Positions 62,647 through 64,000 of a DNA stretch of 64,000 bases are shown here, piece after piece. Below the pieces are notes generated by a model. The model ran no database searches and had not been told where the DNA came from. It saw nothing but the letters and a program-made list of their open reading frames with translations. Source of the stretch: Terrimicrobiaceae bacterium (lineage in GTDB: Bacteria; Verrucomicrobiota; Verrucomicrobiia; Chthoniobacterales; Terrimicrobiaceae). Both the position numbers and the translations under genes were made by a program. The stretch lies in assembly GCA_044375555.1 (NCBI GenBank), contig JBILML010000011.1:6345-70344 (forward strand), in the 5' to 3' direction. Every line of letters starts with the position of its first letter. Position 1 is the stretch's first letter.

Positions 62647-64000
62647 GCAGGAAGTGAGTTTCGTCGAGTCGCAGAATGAGACAGGTGAGGAGATAGGCAG
62701 CGACTGCCACGGATATCGTCGCGAGGACGCTGACCACGCGCCAAGGGAAGGACTCGGAAGGCAGCAATCCAGGGAGGTAGGAATTTCCAGCGATGCAGAC
62801 GAGGGCGATCGGCACTGCGGCGATGGCGCAGCGCGCGAGCGTGGCGAAAAATTTCAAGCTATCGAGCGTTTGCGCAGCAGGCCTCATCAGCAAATAGAGC
62901 GCGGCGAAATTCAGTGTGGCGCAGATCGTGGTGGAGAGTGCGAGGCCGGTGTGTCCCATCCCGAGGTGGAACATGAAGTAGTTATTCAAGGCGATATTCA
63001 AGGCCACGGAGCCGAAGCTCACGAGCATGGGGGTCCATTTCCGATTGATCGCGTAGAAAGCCGGGGAAAGGACCTTGATGCAGGAGTAGGCGACGAGGCC
63101 GATGGCGTAAAATTGGAGGGCGAGTGCGGTCTGGAGCGTGTCCTGGCTGGTGAAATGACCGTGTTCGTAAACAAGTCCAATGACTGGACCGGCCATGAAC
63201 CAGAGCCCGACAGCAGATGGGAGGGTCAAAAAAACGGCCAACCGCATGGCACGGCCTAGGGTGGGGCCAAAGCGGGAGGTGTCGGTGTCGGCGGCGATTC
63301 GTGAAATGACGGGCAGGGTGATGGTGGCGACGGCGACCCCGAAGACACCGATCGGAAGCTGCATGAGGCGGAAGGCGCTATTGAGCCAGGTGACGGCCTC
63401 GGCGCCGGCGTAGGAGGCGAAGCGGGAATTCACCAGCACATTGATCTGCACGGCGCTGGCGGCGATGACCGATGGCACCATGAGAGTGAGGATTTTTTGG
63501 ATGCCCGAGTCGTTCCAATGGAAATCCGCAACAAATCGATATCCGGCCTTCCGCAGGCTGGGAATCTGGATGGCGAGCTGAAGGAACCCGCCGACAAGCG
63601 TTCCGATCGCGAGACCGATGAGGGCTTCGCGGCCGAATCGGGGATCGATGATCCAACCACAAACGACACCGCCGAGGATGGAGCCGATATTGAAGAAACT
63701 GGATGCCAGTGCGGGGGCGGTAAAAATCTGGCGCGAGTTCAGCAGGCCCATCACCAGCGCCGCCAGCGATACCAGCAGGATGAAGGGATACATGATGCGA
63801 GTGAGCAGGATCGTAAATCCCACATCAGCGGCTTCGAATCCGGGGGCGAGCAGGTGAACGAGCGGTTCCGCGAATACGATTCCCAGAAGGCTGACGAGGC
63901 TCATGAACAGGGCGGCCAGCGTGAGCATTTTCGAAGCCAGAGCCCATGCAGAGTCCTCGCCTTCCTTTTCAATCTTCTGGGAAAAAACAGTGATGAATGC
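62603..64000 (-). CDS. murJ: Lipid II flippase MurJ (5' end cut by window edge)
   Basis: The protein is polytopic and contains FEAADVGFTILLTRIMYPFILLVSLAALVMGLLNSRQIFTAPALASSFFNIGSI. The frame stays open upstream of the track Met (63928) to the window end (AFITVFSQKIEKEGEDSAWALASK), so the N-terminus lies outside the window. Confidence 0.85.
   Translation of the reverse strand, partial: AFITVFSQKIEKEGEDSAWALASKMLTLAALFMSLVSLLGIVFAEPLVHLLAPGFEAADVGFTILLTRIMYPFILLVSLAALVMGLLNSRQIFTAPALASSFFNIGSILGGVVCGWIIDPRFGREALIGLAIGTLVGGFLQLAIQIPSLRKAGYRFVADFHWNDSGIQKILTLMVPSVIAASAVQINVLVNSRFASYAGAEAVTWLNSAFRLMQLPIGVFGVAVATITLPVISRIAADTDTSRFGPTLGRAMRLAVFLTLPSAVGLWFMAGPVIGLVYEHGHFTSQDTLQTALALQFYAIGLVAYSCIKVLSPAFYAINRKWTPMLVSFGSVALNIALNNYFMFHLGMGHTGLALSTTICATLNFAALYLLMRPAAQTLDSLKFFATLARCAIAAVPIALVCIAGNSYLPGLLPSESFPWRVVSVLATISVAVAAYLLTCLILRLDETHFLLEILRRKLGKPRTR

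Overview
This is a high-GC bacterial chromosomal segment, roughly 58-62% by eye and not computed. It is most likely from Verrucomicrobiota. That is an inference from a PEP-CTERM anchor, autotransporter-associated beta-strand (PATR) repeats, a prepilin-like N-terminus and the gene content. I can support about 50 protein genes, one tRNA-Gly(GCC), one IS110-family transposase, several families of REP-like palindromic repeats, one gene remnant and a few intrinsic terminators.

Layout:
- 1-14 kb: mixed housekeeping and envelope genes. These are an AttH-like protein, a C39-like peptidase, a FabF-like ketosynthase with an active-site Ser, an orphan rplK, peroxiredoxin, DUF2062, glnB, uppP, two small Cys-rich exported proteins, an ABC-F ATPase, an M29-like aminopeptidase, a PAP2 plus GT39 pair, and a rhodanese plus MauE pair.
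- 14-18.6 kb: a TPP-dependent decarboxylase and an IS110 transposase, embedded in a mosaic of REP-like repeats and followed by about 1 kb with no convincing ORF.
- 18.6-21.3 kb: an SGNH esterase and a Na+/solute symporter.
- 21.45-39.45 kb: a visibly lower-GC glycan-utilisation island bracketed by 170-bp direct repeats. It carries GH31, a clan GH-A hydrolase, a prepilin-like protein, an esterase, LacI, a GH71/99-like protein, a GPH transporter, a beta-helix hydrolase, a TPR protein and a 1517-aa PATR/PEP-CTERM surface protein.
- 39.3-62.1 kb: a GH36-like gene, a fused LMW-PTP/SHMT gene, a translationally coupled small-ORF/nucleotidyltransferase-fold pair, selO, an M20 peptidase, smc, tRNA-Gly, AddB/AddA-like genes, a photolyase-related operon and sucDC.
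- 62.1-64 kb: a tandem about 160-bp duplication with a perfectly conserved hairpin core, then murJ, which is cut by the window edge.

I saw no CRISPR array, rRNA, prophage or recognisable defence island. The items most worth follow-up are:
- the repeat-bracketed island, which carries a Campbell-type integration signature;
- a recurrent TTTAC(A/G)TAAA motif in front of the island's transcription units;
- the IS110/REP mosaic and its long non-coding tail;
- the Cys-rich exported peptide pair;
- the PTP-SHMT fusion;
- an apparently circularly permuted photolyase-like protein;
- the sucC-murJ tandem element.

All family assignments come from by-eye motif recognition. No database search, folding or statistics could be run.
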